The translations under genes and the position numbers were made by a program. This document shows, one piece after another, positions 55,532 to 64,000 of a stretch of 64,000 bases of DNA. Below the pieces are notes generated by a model. It made no database searches and was not told the origin of the DNA. It worked only from the letters and a program-made list of their open reading frames with translations. The stretch is taken from assembly GCA_041661685.1 (NCBI GenBank), contig JBAZTY010000003.1, positions 69,550 to 133,549 on the forward strand. Reading direction: 5' to 3'. Position 1 is the first letter of the stretch; every line of letters begins with the position of its first letter. Source of the stretch: Patescibacteria group bacterium (GTDB lineage: Bacteria; Patescibacteriota; Patescibacteriia; Patescibacteriales; UBA12465).

Positions 55532-58500
55532 TTATTTCCCGTAGTCCATTCTCGCTTTCTTGCCCTTATAGCCGGTTCCAGCCGGGATTAGACAACCGAT
55601 AATGACATTTTCCTTCAGGCCTTCAAGGTAATCGATCTTGCCGTTAACCGCGGCATCAATCAAAACGCGAGAAGTTTCTTGGAAAGAAGCGGCTGACAAG
55701 AAGCTATCGGTCGTTAAGGATGCCTTAGTGATACCCATCAACAAACGATCAGCCTTAGCCGGATTCTTCAGACCCTTATTGGCCTGCTCAAGAACTTCTT
55801 CTTCGACGGTTTCGCCCGACAAGACCGTAGCGTCTCCAGCATCAGTAATCAGGTAGCGGGAGAACATCTGGCGCGCGATGATTTCGACGTGCTTATCATT
55901 CAAAGGCTGGCCCTGAGAACCATAAACGTATTGGATTTCCTTGATGATGTATTTCTGAGTTTCTAAGCGGCCTTTCAACTTGTACAACTCGCGCAGATCA
56001 AGGCTGCCTTCGGTTAGCTGCGTGCCTCTCTCGATCGCTTCGCCGTCTTTAACCATCATCATCGTGCCCTTCAGGATCGGATATTCCTTAACCTTCTCGA
56101 CTTCCTTGGCGACGGAGATGAATTTTTCGGTGATAGTGGCGACGCCGGCAGTCTTGGCTTTGACGATTTCCGCTCCAACCTTGAATAATTCGGTGTTCTT
56201 AGAAACCGCTTCACCGTCTTTGACTAAGACCTTAATCTCTAATTTCTTGGTATCTTTAGTGCTTAGTCCTCCGGCTAGCTTAAGCTCATTAACCTTCTCG
56301 GAGAAATAATATTTATCATGATCCTTGCCTTTATAGTAGATACTCAAGATCTTAGTCTGAGGATTATTAACGGAAATCTCCTTGCCATCCTTGTCCTTGA
56401 TGATCTTCTGAGCGAATTCGATCTTAACCTTGCCGGTAACATCAGAGATAAGAGCTTTCTTCTTCGGACTGCGCGCTTCAAAGATTTCTTCGACGCGAGG
56501 CAAACCTTGGGTAATATCATCCTGGCCGGCGACACCTCCAGTATGGAAGGTTCTCATCGTCAGCTGCGTGCCCGGTTCGCCGATAGACTGCGCGGCGATA
56601 ACGCCGACGGTCGCGCCCATCTTAACCTCCTTATTGTAAGCTAAGTCCCAGCCATAGCATTTCGCGCAGATACCCTTATGCATCTTGCAGCTCAGTACGG
56701 AACGGACGCAAGCGTGTTCGATGTCCTTAGTCTTTAATAATTTGATATTGTCTTCATTCAAGAGCTCTCCGGCTTTCAAGATTGCCTTGCCCTTATTGTC
56801 TGCTAAATCTTTAGCCAAGAAACGGCCGGTCAAACGTTTGAAGAAGTCTTCGCCATTCTTCTCGATTTCCGCGCGGTTCAGATCGAGACCGACAGTGTCG
56901 CCGCAATCGTCATCGGAAATGATAATATCCTGAGAAACATCGACTAAGCGACGAGTCAGATATCCGGCGTTAGCGGTTCTAAGAGCGGTATCAGACAAAC
57001 CTTTGCGGACACCGTGAGTAGAAATAAAGTATTCGAGAACACCGAAACCTTCTTTGAAGTTTCCTTTAACCGGAAGTTCGAAAATAGCGCCGGACGGAGA
57101 GGTAACCAAACCTTTCATACCTAAAATCTGAACCGGCTGAGCCCAAGAACCGCGGGCTCCGGATTCGATCATGGAATAAACCGGCAAGATATTGATTAAG
57201 CCTTTCTTACAGATAGTGGCAATCTTATCCTTAGTCCCGGTCCATTCTTCAATGACTTTGGCATAGCGTTCGCTCTCGGTCAGCAAACCTTCATTATACT
57301 GTTCTTGAATGAGCTCGACTTTCTTATTCGCCTCCTCGATCAATAAATCCTTCTCTGGTAAGCTCGGCAGATCGCCGAAACCCCAAGACAGGCCGGATTT
57401 AGTGATGAAAGAGAAACTGCGATTCTTTAAGCCGTCGATGAATTTAACGGTCTCTTCTTCGCCGTATATTCTCAAGCATTCACGAATCAAGTCTTTCAAT
57501 TTACCTTTGCCGACGACTTCGTTAAGATAACGCAGTTTTTCCGGCAACAAGGAATTGAAAGTCAAACGGCCGACAGTAGTCTTTAGCATCTCGCCGTCAT
57601 ATCTCACATTGATAGCCTCATGCAAGCCGATACCATTGCTTTCATAAGCTAAATAAGCCTCATCTTCATTATAAAAATAATGCATGTCCTCGACTTTCTT
57701 GTCGGCATAATCGGCCTCCACTAAAGTAATATAATAAGTTCCCCAGACGATATCCTGAGCCGGAGTGACGATTGGATCGCCAGTCGCCGGTTTCAATAAG
57801 TTATGGGAAGACAGCATCAAGGTTTCCGCCTCGTGCTTAGCTTCTTTAGTTAAAGGCACATGGACAGCCATCTGGTCGCCGTCGAAGTCGGCGTTAAAAG
57901 CCGTACAGACAAGCGGATGGATCTGAATAGCCTTACCTTCAATCAGGATCGGACGGAAAGCCTGGATGCCTAAACGATGCAAGGTTGGAGCGCGATTTAA
58001 TAAAACGAAAGCGCCTTTAATAATCTCTTCTAAGATATCCCAGACCTCATCATGCCCAGCCTCCATATAGCGGGAAGCGCTGCGGACATTATGGACTATT
58101 TCTCTCTTAATAAGCTGGGAGATGACGAACGGCTTGAATAATTCCAAGGCCATGATCTTTGGCAGACCGCATTGGTCCAAATTCAAACGCGGATTGACGA
58201 CGATGACGGAACGGCCGGAGTAATCGACGCGCTTGCCTAATAAGTTCTGGCGGAAACGTCCCTGCTTGCCTTTTAAAGTATCGGCCAAAGATTTCAATTG
58301 GCGTTTCTGACCGGTCGAGGCGGTGACAGTCTTGGTATGGCGGGCGGAATTATCAATCAAAGCATCAACCGCTTCCTGAAGCATGCGCTTCTCATTACGG
58401 CAGATAACTTCCGGAGCGTTCAAGTCCATCAATTGCTTCAAGCGATTATTGCGGTTGATAATACGGCGATAAAGGTCGTTAAGATCGGAGGCCGCGAAAC

Positions 58501-59464
58501 GGCCGCCGTCTAACGCGACCATCGGGCGCAAATCCGGAGGAACTACCGGCATGACCGTCATAATCATCCATTCCGGACGAATATTATTATTGCGCAGGCC
58601 CTTCAATAATTTCAGGCGCTTCACTAATTTCTCTTTCTTGGAATCGACCGCACCAGTCAATTTATCTTCTAGAGAATTAATACTCTTTTCTAGATCAATC
58701 TGGGCGAGCAATTTGCGGATAGCTTCAGCGCCGATAGAGGCTTCAAAGATATGGCCGAATTTCTGGCTCAATTCCTGATATTGCTGTTCGCTCATGATCA
58801 AAAGCGGTTTCAGTTCTTTCAGTTCCTTCTGAACCTGACCAAAATCTTCTTCCAAACGAGCTAAACGTTCTGCTTTCGCTTTGATAGCTTCTTTGACCTC
58901 CTTGTTATTATCATCAGCCTTATCATTCTCTTCCTTAATCTTCTTGACCTGGACATTAAATTCATTATCGATGCTCTTTAATTTAGATTTATATTCAGCC
59001 TTAATCTGATCGATAGTAGATTCTTTCAAGGCTTCGTCGACTTCAGTGACGATGAAGCTGGCATAATAGATGACTTTCTCTAAAGACTGGATACCCAAGC
59101 CTAAGAGCAAGCCGATCTTAGAAGACAGCCCTCTTAAGAACCAGATATGAGAAACTGGAACCTGTAAAGTAATGTGGCCTAAGCGTTCGCGACGAACAAT
59201 GCTGCGAGTGACTTCGACGCCGCATTTATCGCAGACGATTCCCTTATAGCGGATTTTCTTATACTTGCCGCAAGCGCATTCCCAGTCCTTGGTCGGACCG
59301 AAGATCTTTTCGCAGAACAAGCCGTCTTTTTCCGGCTTCTGTGTGCGGTAGTTGATGGTTTCCGGCCGCGTTATTTCTCCGTGAGACCAATCAAGGATCT
59401 CTTCAGGACTAGCCAACTTGAGGCGGATGGCGGCGAAATCGCTGGTTTTTATCGGATTTAACAT
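55532..59464 (-). CDS. rpoC: RNA polymerase beta' subunit
   Basis: [10 protein letters not shown], zinc-finger Cys motifs, QLTMRTFH; ATG 59464 preferred. Confidence 0.98.
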   Translation of the reverse strand: MLNPIKTSDFAAIRLKLASPEEILDWSHGEITRPETINYRTQKPEKDGLFCEKIFGPTKDWECACGKYKKIRYKGIVCDKCGVEVTRSIVRRERLGHITLQVPVSHIWFLRGLSSKIGLLLGLGIQSLEKVIYYASFIVTEVDEALKESTIDQIKAEYKSKLKSIDNEFNVQVKKIKEENDKADDNNKEVKEAIKAKAERLARLEEDFGQVQKELKELKPLLIMSEQQYQELSQKFGHIFEASIGAEAIRKLLAQIDLEKSINSLEDKLTGAVDSKKEKLVKRLKLLKGLRNNNIRPEWMIMTVMPVVPPDLRPMVALDGGRFAASDLNDLYRRIINRNNRLKQLMDLNAPEVICRNEKRMLQEAVDALIDNSARHTKTVTASTGQKRQLKSLADTLKGKQGRFRQNLLGKRVDYSGRSVIVVNPRLNLDQCGLPKIMALELFKPFVISQLIKREIVHNVRSASRYMEAGHDEVWDILEEIIKGAFVLLNRAPTLHRLGIQAFRPILIEGKAIQIHPLVCTAFNADFDGDQMAVHVPLTKEAKHEAETLMLSSHNLLKPATGDPIVTPAQDIVWGTYYITLVEADYADKKVEDMHYFYNEDEAYLAYESNGIGLHEAINVRYDGEMLKTTVGRLTFNSLLPEKLRYLNEVVGKGKLKDLIRECLRIYGEEETVKFIDGLKNRSFSFITKSGLSWGFGDLPSLPEKDLLIEEANKKVELIQEQYNEGLLTESERYAKVIEEWTGTKDKIATICKKGLINILPVYSMIESGARGSWAQPVQILGMKGLVTSPSGAIFELPVKGNFKEGFGVLEYFISTHGVRKGLSDTALRTANAGYLTRRLVDVSQDIIISDDDCGDTVGLDLNRAEIEKNGEDFFKRLTGRFLAKDLADNKGKAILKAGELLNEDNIKLLKTKDIEHACVRSVLSCKMHKGICAKCYGWDLAYNKEVKMGATVGVIAAQSIGEPGTQLTMRTFHTGGVAGQDDITQGLPRVEEIFEARSPKKKALISDVTGKVKIEFAQKIIKDKDGKEISVNNPQTKILSIYYKGKDHDKYYFSEKVNELKLAGGLSTKDTKKLEIKVLVKDGEAVSKNTELFKVGAEIVKAKTAGVATITEKFISVAKEVEKVKEYPILKGTMMMVKDGEAIERGTQLTEGSLDLRELYKLKGRLETQKYIIKEIQYVYGSQGQPLNDKHVEIIARQMFSRYLITDAGDATVLSGETVEEEVLEQANKGLKNPAKADRLLMGITKASLTTDSFLSAASFQETSRVLIDAAVNGKIDYLEGLKENVIIGCLIPAGTGYKGKKARMDYGK

Positions 59465-59486
59465 ATATATATTAATTACGAATTTA

Positions 59487-62400
59487 TTATTCTTCGTTAG
59501 CAATTTCGCTGACATTTATGTCCGCGACTATCTCCGGCTTGTCGTAAGCGAATTTCTCGTCCGCCTTAATTTCTTCGTCGATATCAGTGACGACTTCCGA
59601 AGCCGGATTTCCTCCGGCGCTATCCAATAATTGAACATTGAGACCCAAGCCCTTCAACTCGCGAATAAGCACATTGAACGATTCTGGAACGTTGAGCTTC
59701 TCAATCTCTTCGCCCTTGATAATCGCTTCGTAAGCCTTGCTGCGTCCAGGAACGTCATCAGATTTGATCGTCAACATTTCCTGCAAAGTATGGGCAGCGC
59801 CATAACCTTCGAGGGCCCAGACTTCCATTTCTCCGAATCTCTGGCCGCCGAATTGCGCCTTACCTCCTAAAGGCTGCTGTGTGATCAAAGAGTAAGGACC
59901 GATAGAACGTTGATGAATCTTATCCTCAACCATATGGTTGAGTTTAAGCACATATTTATAACCGACGGTAATCTTATTATCATAAGGGGCACCAGTTTTG
60001 CCATCATAAAGATAGATCTTCCCGTCTTCTGGTAGACCCGCCGCTTTCAGTTCGCCTTTGATTTGCGCTTCAGAAATTCCGTTCAAAGCCGGGGTCATAA
60101 CGCGATAACCTAATTTCTGAGCGGCAAAGCCCATATGAGTTTCAAGCAGTTGCCCTAAATTCATACGAGAGATAATGCCTAACGGAGATAAAAGGACATC
60201 AATCGGAGTACCATCTTCCATGAAAGGCATATCTTCAATCGGCACGACGCGGGAAATAACACCCTTATTTCCATGGCGCCCGGACATCTTGTCGCCGACC
60301 TGGATCTTTCTTAAGTTAGCGACCGCGACCTGAATGGATTTCAAAACACCGGCTGATAACTTATCACCTTCTTCACGAGAGAATATCTTAATATCAACGA
60401 CTTTTCCGTGCTCGCCGTGCTCTAAGTACATGGAAGAGTCACGGACATCCTTAGCTTTCTCGCCGAAGATCGCGCGTAATAATTTTTCTTCAGCGGACAG
60501 AGTAGTTTCACCCTTCGGGGTGATCTTGCCGACGAGAATATCGCCGGAAGAAACTTTAGCGCCGATGCGGATAATACCTTCTTCATCGAGATTCTTTAAT
60601 TTCTCCTCGCTGATGTTCGGGATATCGTTAGTGATAACCTCCGGACCGAGCTTAGTATCGCGAACATCGATGGTATAGTTCTCAATATGGATAGACGAAT
60701 AAACATCTTCTTTCACTAAGCGTTCGGAAATGATGACCGCATCTTCATAATTGAAGCCTTCCCAAGTCATAAAAGCGACTAGGACGTTGCGGCCTAAGGA
60801 CAATTCGCCGTTGTCGATCGCCGGACCGTCGGAAAGGATATCTCCTTTCTTAACCTTCTGATCAACGTCGACAACCGGGTGCTGATTGATACAGGTAGAA
60901 GAGTTGGAACGCAAGAATTTATTCAATTTATAAGTAATAACTTTGCCTTTCTTATCAGTCAATTCAATCATGCCGGCGTCAGCCTTAGTGATCACACCGT
61001 CTTCATCGGCAATGACAACATGGCCGCTATCGCGAGCTGCGCGCGCTTCAATACCGGTGCCGACGATAGGCGCTTCTGACTTAATTAAGGGGACGGCCTG
61101 GCGTTGCATGTTTGTACCCATCAAAGATCTCTGGCCATCGTTATGTTCCATGAACGGAATAAGGCTAGTTGCGACCGAAATGATCTGATTAGCGGCGAGC
61201 CCGACGAAATCGATCTTAGAAACTTCCGACATGCCCGGCTGGCCGTTCTTTCTGACTTCATGTTTAGTCACAATGAAATAACCATCCTTATCGGTCGGGA
61301 TAGTCGCATCGACAGTGATATATTTTTCTTCTTCAAAAGCGTCTAAGTAAACGACCTCGTCAGTAACTCTGGTTCCCTTCTTATCATGAGCAGTTTTTCT
61401 ATAAGGGGTTTCTAAGAAACCATAAGTATTCAAACGAGCATAGCTGGCCAAGTGGCCGACTAAACCGATATTCGGGCCTTCCGGGGTAGCGATCGGGCAG
61501 ATGCGGCCGTAGTGAGTCGTATGAACATCGCGGACATCAAAGCCGGCGCGTTCGCGAGTCAAACCGCCCGGACCCATAGCTGATAAGCGGCGCTTATGCT
61601 CTAATTCCGCGAGCGGATTAGTCTGATCCATGAACTGGGATAACTGAGAAGACATGAAGAATTCGCGGACGACGCCGATAACCGGACGAGCGTTCACGAG
61701 CTTGGAAGGAGTAAGAGAGGCGACTTCGGAAGTGGACATGCGATCCTTGATGATGCGTTCCATTCTCGCTAAGCCGACACGGAAACGATTCTGAATGAGC
61801 CCGCCGATAGCGCGGATGCGGCGATTGCCTAAATGGTCAATATCATCTTCCGGCTCTTTAACGATATTTAATCTAATAATTTCCTTAATGATCAGGACTA
61901 AATCTTCCTTACGCAAGATTCTGTTCTCTTTCTTATTGGCTGGTAAATCAAGCGTAAAACGGCGATTCAATTTATAGCGGCCGACACGGCCGAAATCATA
62001 ACGGTCAAAACGGAAGAACATGGAATGGATGAGCTGGCGGGCATTATCGACAGAGGCCAGATCTCCTGGACGGATGCGGCGATAAACTTCCTGAAGGCCT
62101 TCTGCCTCATTCTTAGCAGCATCTTTCTCGATAGTCGATTCGATATAGCCCTTCTCATCCTTACTCTTAACTAAATCGATATCAGCGAATAATTTTATCA
62201 ATTCCTCATCAGTTTCATAACCGAAAGCTCTTAATAAAGAGGTGACGGCGACTTTTCTTTTTCTATCAATGCGCACCCAAAGAACCTTATTAGCATCGGT
62301 CTCGATTTCGAGCCAAGCGCCGCGATTCGGGATGACTTTAGCGCCATAGCATTTCTTGCCCTTGATAAATTCAGCAGTGAACATGACACCGGCGGAACGG

Positions 62401-62789
62401 ATCAACTGAGAAACGACAACTCTTTCAATACCGTTGATAATGAAAGTTCCTTTATCGGTCATGAGCGGGAAATCGCCCAAAAAGACTTCCTGATTCAGGG
62501 AGCGTCCGCTTTTCTTATTTAATAATCTGGTTTTAACGCGCAAAGGCGCTTCATAGGTGATATTCTTCTCACGGCTTTCTACCTCGGAGAATTTCGGTTC
62601 ATCCAGATAATAATCTTCAAAATATAATTCTAAATCGCGGCCGATGAAATCGGTCACCGGATTTATCTCGTCAAAAAGTTCAGCTAAACCTTCTTTTAAA
62701 AACCACTTATAGCTATCCGTCTGGATCTCGATTAGGTCCGGCATCGGCATGACCTCGGCCAGCTCGGAAAATGATTTTCGTTTAGACAT
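59487..62789 (-). CDS. rpoB: RNA polymerase beta subunit
   Basis: SQFMDQTNPL, GDKMSGRHGNKG, GGQRFGEMEVWALE; ATG 62789 preferred. Confidence 0.98.
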   Translation of the reverse strand: MSKRKSFSELAEVMPMPDLIEIQTDSYKWFLKEGLAELFDEINPVTDFIGRDLELYFEDYYLDEPKFSEVESREKNITYEAPLRVKTRLLNKKSGRSLNQEVFLGDFPLMTDKGTFIINGIERVVVSQLIRSAGVMFTAEFIKGKKCYGAKVIPNRGAWLEIETDANKVLWVRIDRKRKVAVTSLLRAFGYETDEELIKLFADIDLVKSKDEKGYIESTIEKDAAKNEAEGLQEVYRRIRPGDLASVDNARQLIHSMFFRFDRYDFGRVGRYKLNRRFTLDLPANKKENRILRKEDLVLIIKEIIRLNIVKEPEDDIDHLGNRRIRAIGGLIQNRFRVGLARMERIIKDRMSTSEVASLTPSKLVNARPVIGVVREFFMSSQLSQFMDQTNPLAELEHKRRLSAMGPGGLTRERAGFDVRDVHTTHYGRICPIATPEGPNIGLVGHLASYARLNTYGFLETPYRKTAHDKKGTRVTDEVVYLDAFEEEKYITVDATIPTDKDGYFIVTKHEVRKNGQPGMSEVSKIDFVGLAANQIISVATSLIPFMEHNDGQRSLMGTNMQRQAVPLIKSEAPIVGTGIEARAARDSGHVVIADEDGVITKADAGMIELTDKKGKVITYKLNKFLRSNSSTCINQHPVVDVDQKVKKGDILSDGPAIDNGELSLGRNVLVAFMTWEGFNYEDAVIISERLVKEDVYSSIHIENYTIDVRDTKLGPEVITNDIPNISEEKLKNLDEEGIIRIGAKVSSGDILVGKITPKGETTLSAEEKLLRAIFGEKAKDVRDSSMYLEHGEHGKVVDIKIFSREEGDKLSAGVLKSIQVAVANLRKIQVGDKMSGRHGNKGVISRVVPIEDMPFMEDGTPIDVLLSPLGIISRMNLGQLLETHMGFAAQKLGYRVMTPALNGISEAQIKGELKAAGLPEDGKIYLYDGKTGAPYDNKITVGYKYVLKLNHMVEDKIHQRSIGPYSLITQQPLGGKAQFGGQRFGEMEVWALEGYGAAHTLQEMLTIKSDDVPGRSKAYEAIIKGEEIEKLNVPESFNVLIRELKGLGLNVQLLDSAGGNPASEVVTDIDEEIKADEKFAYDKPEIVADINVSEIANEE

Positions 62790-62948
62790 AGGACTTATAT
62801 TTATGTAAATATAGAGAAAAACAAAAAACAAAAAAAATCTCTTAACAAAAAAATCCCCACCCCAATTTGGTTTGAGTTTCGTGTTTTATTAAATTAATTT
62901 ATTTTTTGGTAAATCACTTTTTAGATAAAAAAGTGTTAAGATATTCCT

Positions 62949-62977
62949 ATAATATTATAATATTTATTATTTGTCAA
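62949..62977 (-). promoter_or_regulatory. Probable rpoBC promoter overlapping the end of murE
   Basis: TTGACA-17bp-TATTAT. Confidence 0.55.
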
Positions 62978-64000
62978 TACACATCTTCTCCACAATCTCT
63001 TCCCTGACGACTTCCCGGTCATCCCAAGGGATTTTCCGGCCATTTTCGACACAAATGAATTGCTCCGCACCTTTCCCCGTTAAAAGGACTAAATCACCAT
63101 TTTCGGCTAATTCTAGAGCTTTTTTTATAGCCTCCCGCCTATCAAAAATCTTGAATAGATTCTTATTAAGCTCCTTGCCGGCAGTCTCGACTCCGGTGGC
63201 AACTTGGTTGATTATTGAGGCCGGGTCTTCATCATAAGGGTCTTCGTTGGTGATAACTATAAAATCGGCATATTTAGCCGCTAAACTGCCTAAAATCGGC
63301 CGGCGCGCTTTATCCCTTCCCCCGCCAGTCGAACCAAGAAGATGGATAATCTTATTATGAGGCAGAAACTCAAGCGTCTGGTAGAGCTTAATCATCGCTT
63401 CCGGCTCAAAAGCATAATCAACGATGACGGTAAAATCTTGTCCGGCGTTAATAATCTCCATTTTTCCGGCCAAGCCCCTGATCTCTTCCAAACCAGATTT
63501 TATCTGAGCAAAACTGAGTTTCTGATTAATGCCAACAGCGGCCGTCGCTAAGGCATTGATAGAGTTAAATTCTCCCAATAATTTAAGACTGACCGATTGG
63601 CCATCGACAGTCATCTTCGTGCCGCTGCCACTCGCCTCCACCTCCGCGCCGCGCACGAGCGTAAAATCTTTTATTATCGCTTCGCCCGTCAGCTTATTCG
63701 ACAAAGAAACGATAGAGACTTGAGGATTCAGAGTATAAGCCATCTTTGTTTCCGCTCGGAAATTCAAAAAATAATCAGCATTCTCATCATCGCCATTAGC
63801 AATAATCGTCTTTAGAACACGGGTCAAATCCAACTTCTTAAGCTGACTGGCTGGCTTAGTCACTTGATGTTCATCATTAATATATTTTGTCCGGCAATTC
63901 TTTAGATGCTTAAATAACTTTCCTTTAGCGGCACGATAATTCTCAAAACTGCCGTGTGCCTCGATATGTTCTGGATAAAGGCCAGTGAAGACAAGCGTAT
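62967..64000 (-). CDS. murE: UDP-MurNAc-tripeptide synthetase MurE (5' part outside window)
   Basis: Frame open to the window edge: FTGLYPEHIEAHGSFENYRAAK, VIVDYA, GGGRDK.RP, DRREAI, LTGKGAE. Confidence 0.85.
   Translation of the reverse strand, partial: TLVFTGLYPEHIEAHGSFENYRAAKGKLFKHLKNCRTKYINDEHQVTKPASQLKKLDLTRVLKTIIANGDDENADYFLNFRAETKMAYTLNPQVSIVSLSNKLTGEAIIKDFTLVRGAEVEASGSGTKMTVDGQSVSLKLLGEFNSINALATAAVGINQKLSFAQIKSGLEEIRGLAGKMEIINAGQDFTVIVDYAFEPEAMIKLYQTLEFLPHNKIIHLLGSTGGGRDKARRPILGSLAAKYADFIVITNEDPYDEDPASIINQVATGVETAGKELNKNLFKIFDRREAIKKALELAENGDLVLLTGKGAEQFICVENGRKIPWDDREVVREEIVEKMCIDK

Noticed and set aside
1-64000. CRISPR array, rRNA, IS or prophage
   Set aside because: No regularly spaced repeats, rRNA-like sequence, transposase or phage genes seen

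Overview
Core-chromosome segment of a small-genome Patescibacteria/CPR-type bacterium (inferred from gene content: VirB2-like pilin fusions, PrgI/VirB4/VirB6-like genes without relaxase, a giant Cys-rich exported protein, starts without Shine-Dalgarno motifs). Housekeeping genes: recG, radA, metK, ahcY, rsmA, leuS, xth, porCDAB, rnhA, recJ, lepA, murJ, ADP-forming acetate-CoA ligase, rpoBC, partial murE, tRNA-Ser(GCT) and tRNA-Arg(GCG). Two candidate undescribed systems stand out. (1) A 69-nt non-canonical tRNA-like gene (36211-36279; alanine identity, tmRNA-TLD-like geometry) plus two homologous promoter/terminator-bounded small RNAs flanking leuS, both complementary to it in segments that would form a perfect four-way junction. 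(2) A split rifampin-phosphotransferase-like phospho-His module: one stand-alone ATP-grasp domain, three paralogous His-swivel proteins (one fused to a winged HTH, with tandem palindromic operators at its own promoter) and a SixA-like phosphatase. No CRISPR array, IS element or prophage was seen. All calls are by eye from sequence and motifs; no database searches were run.
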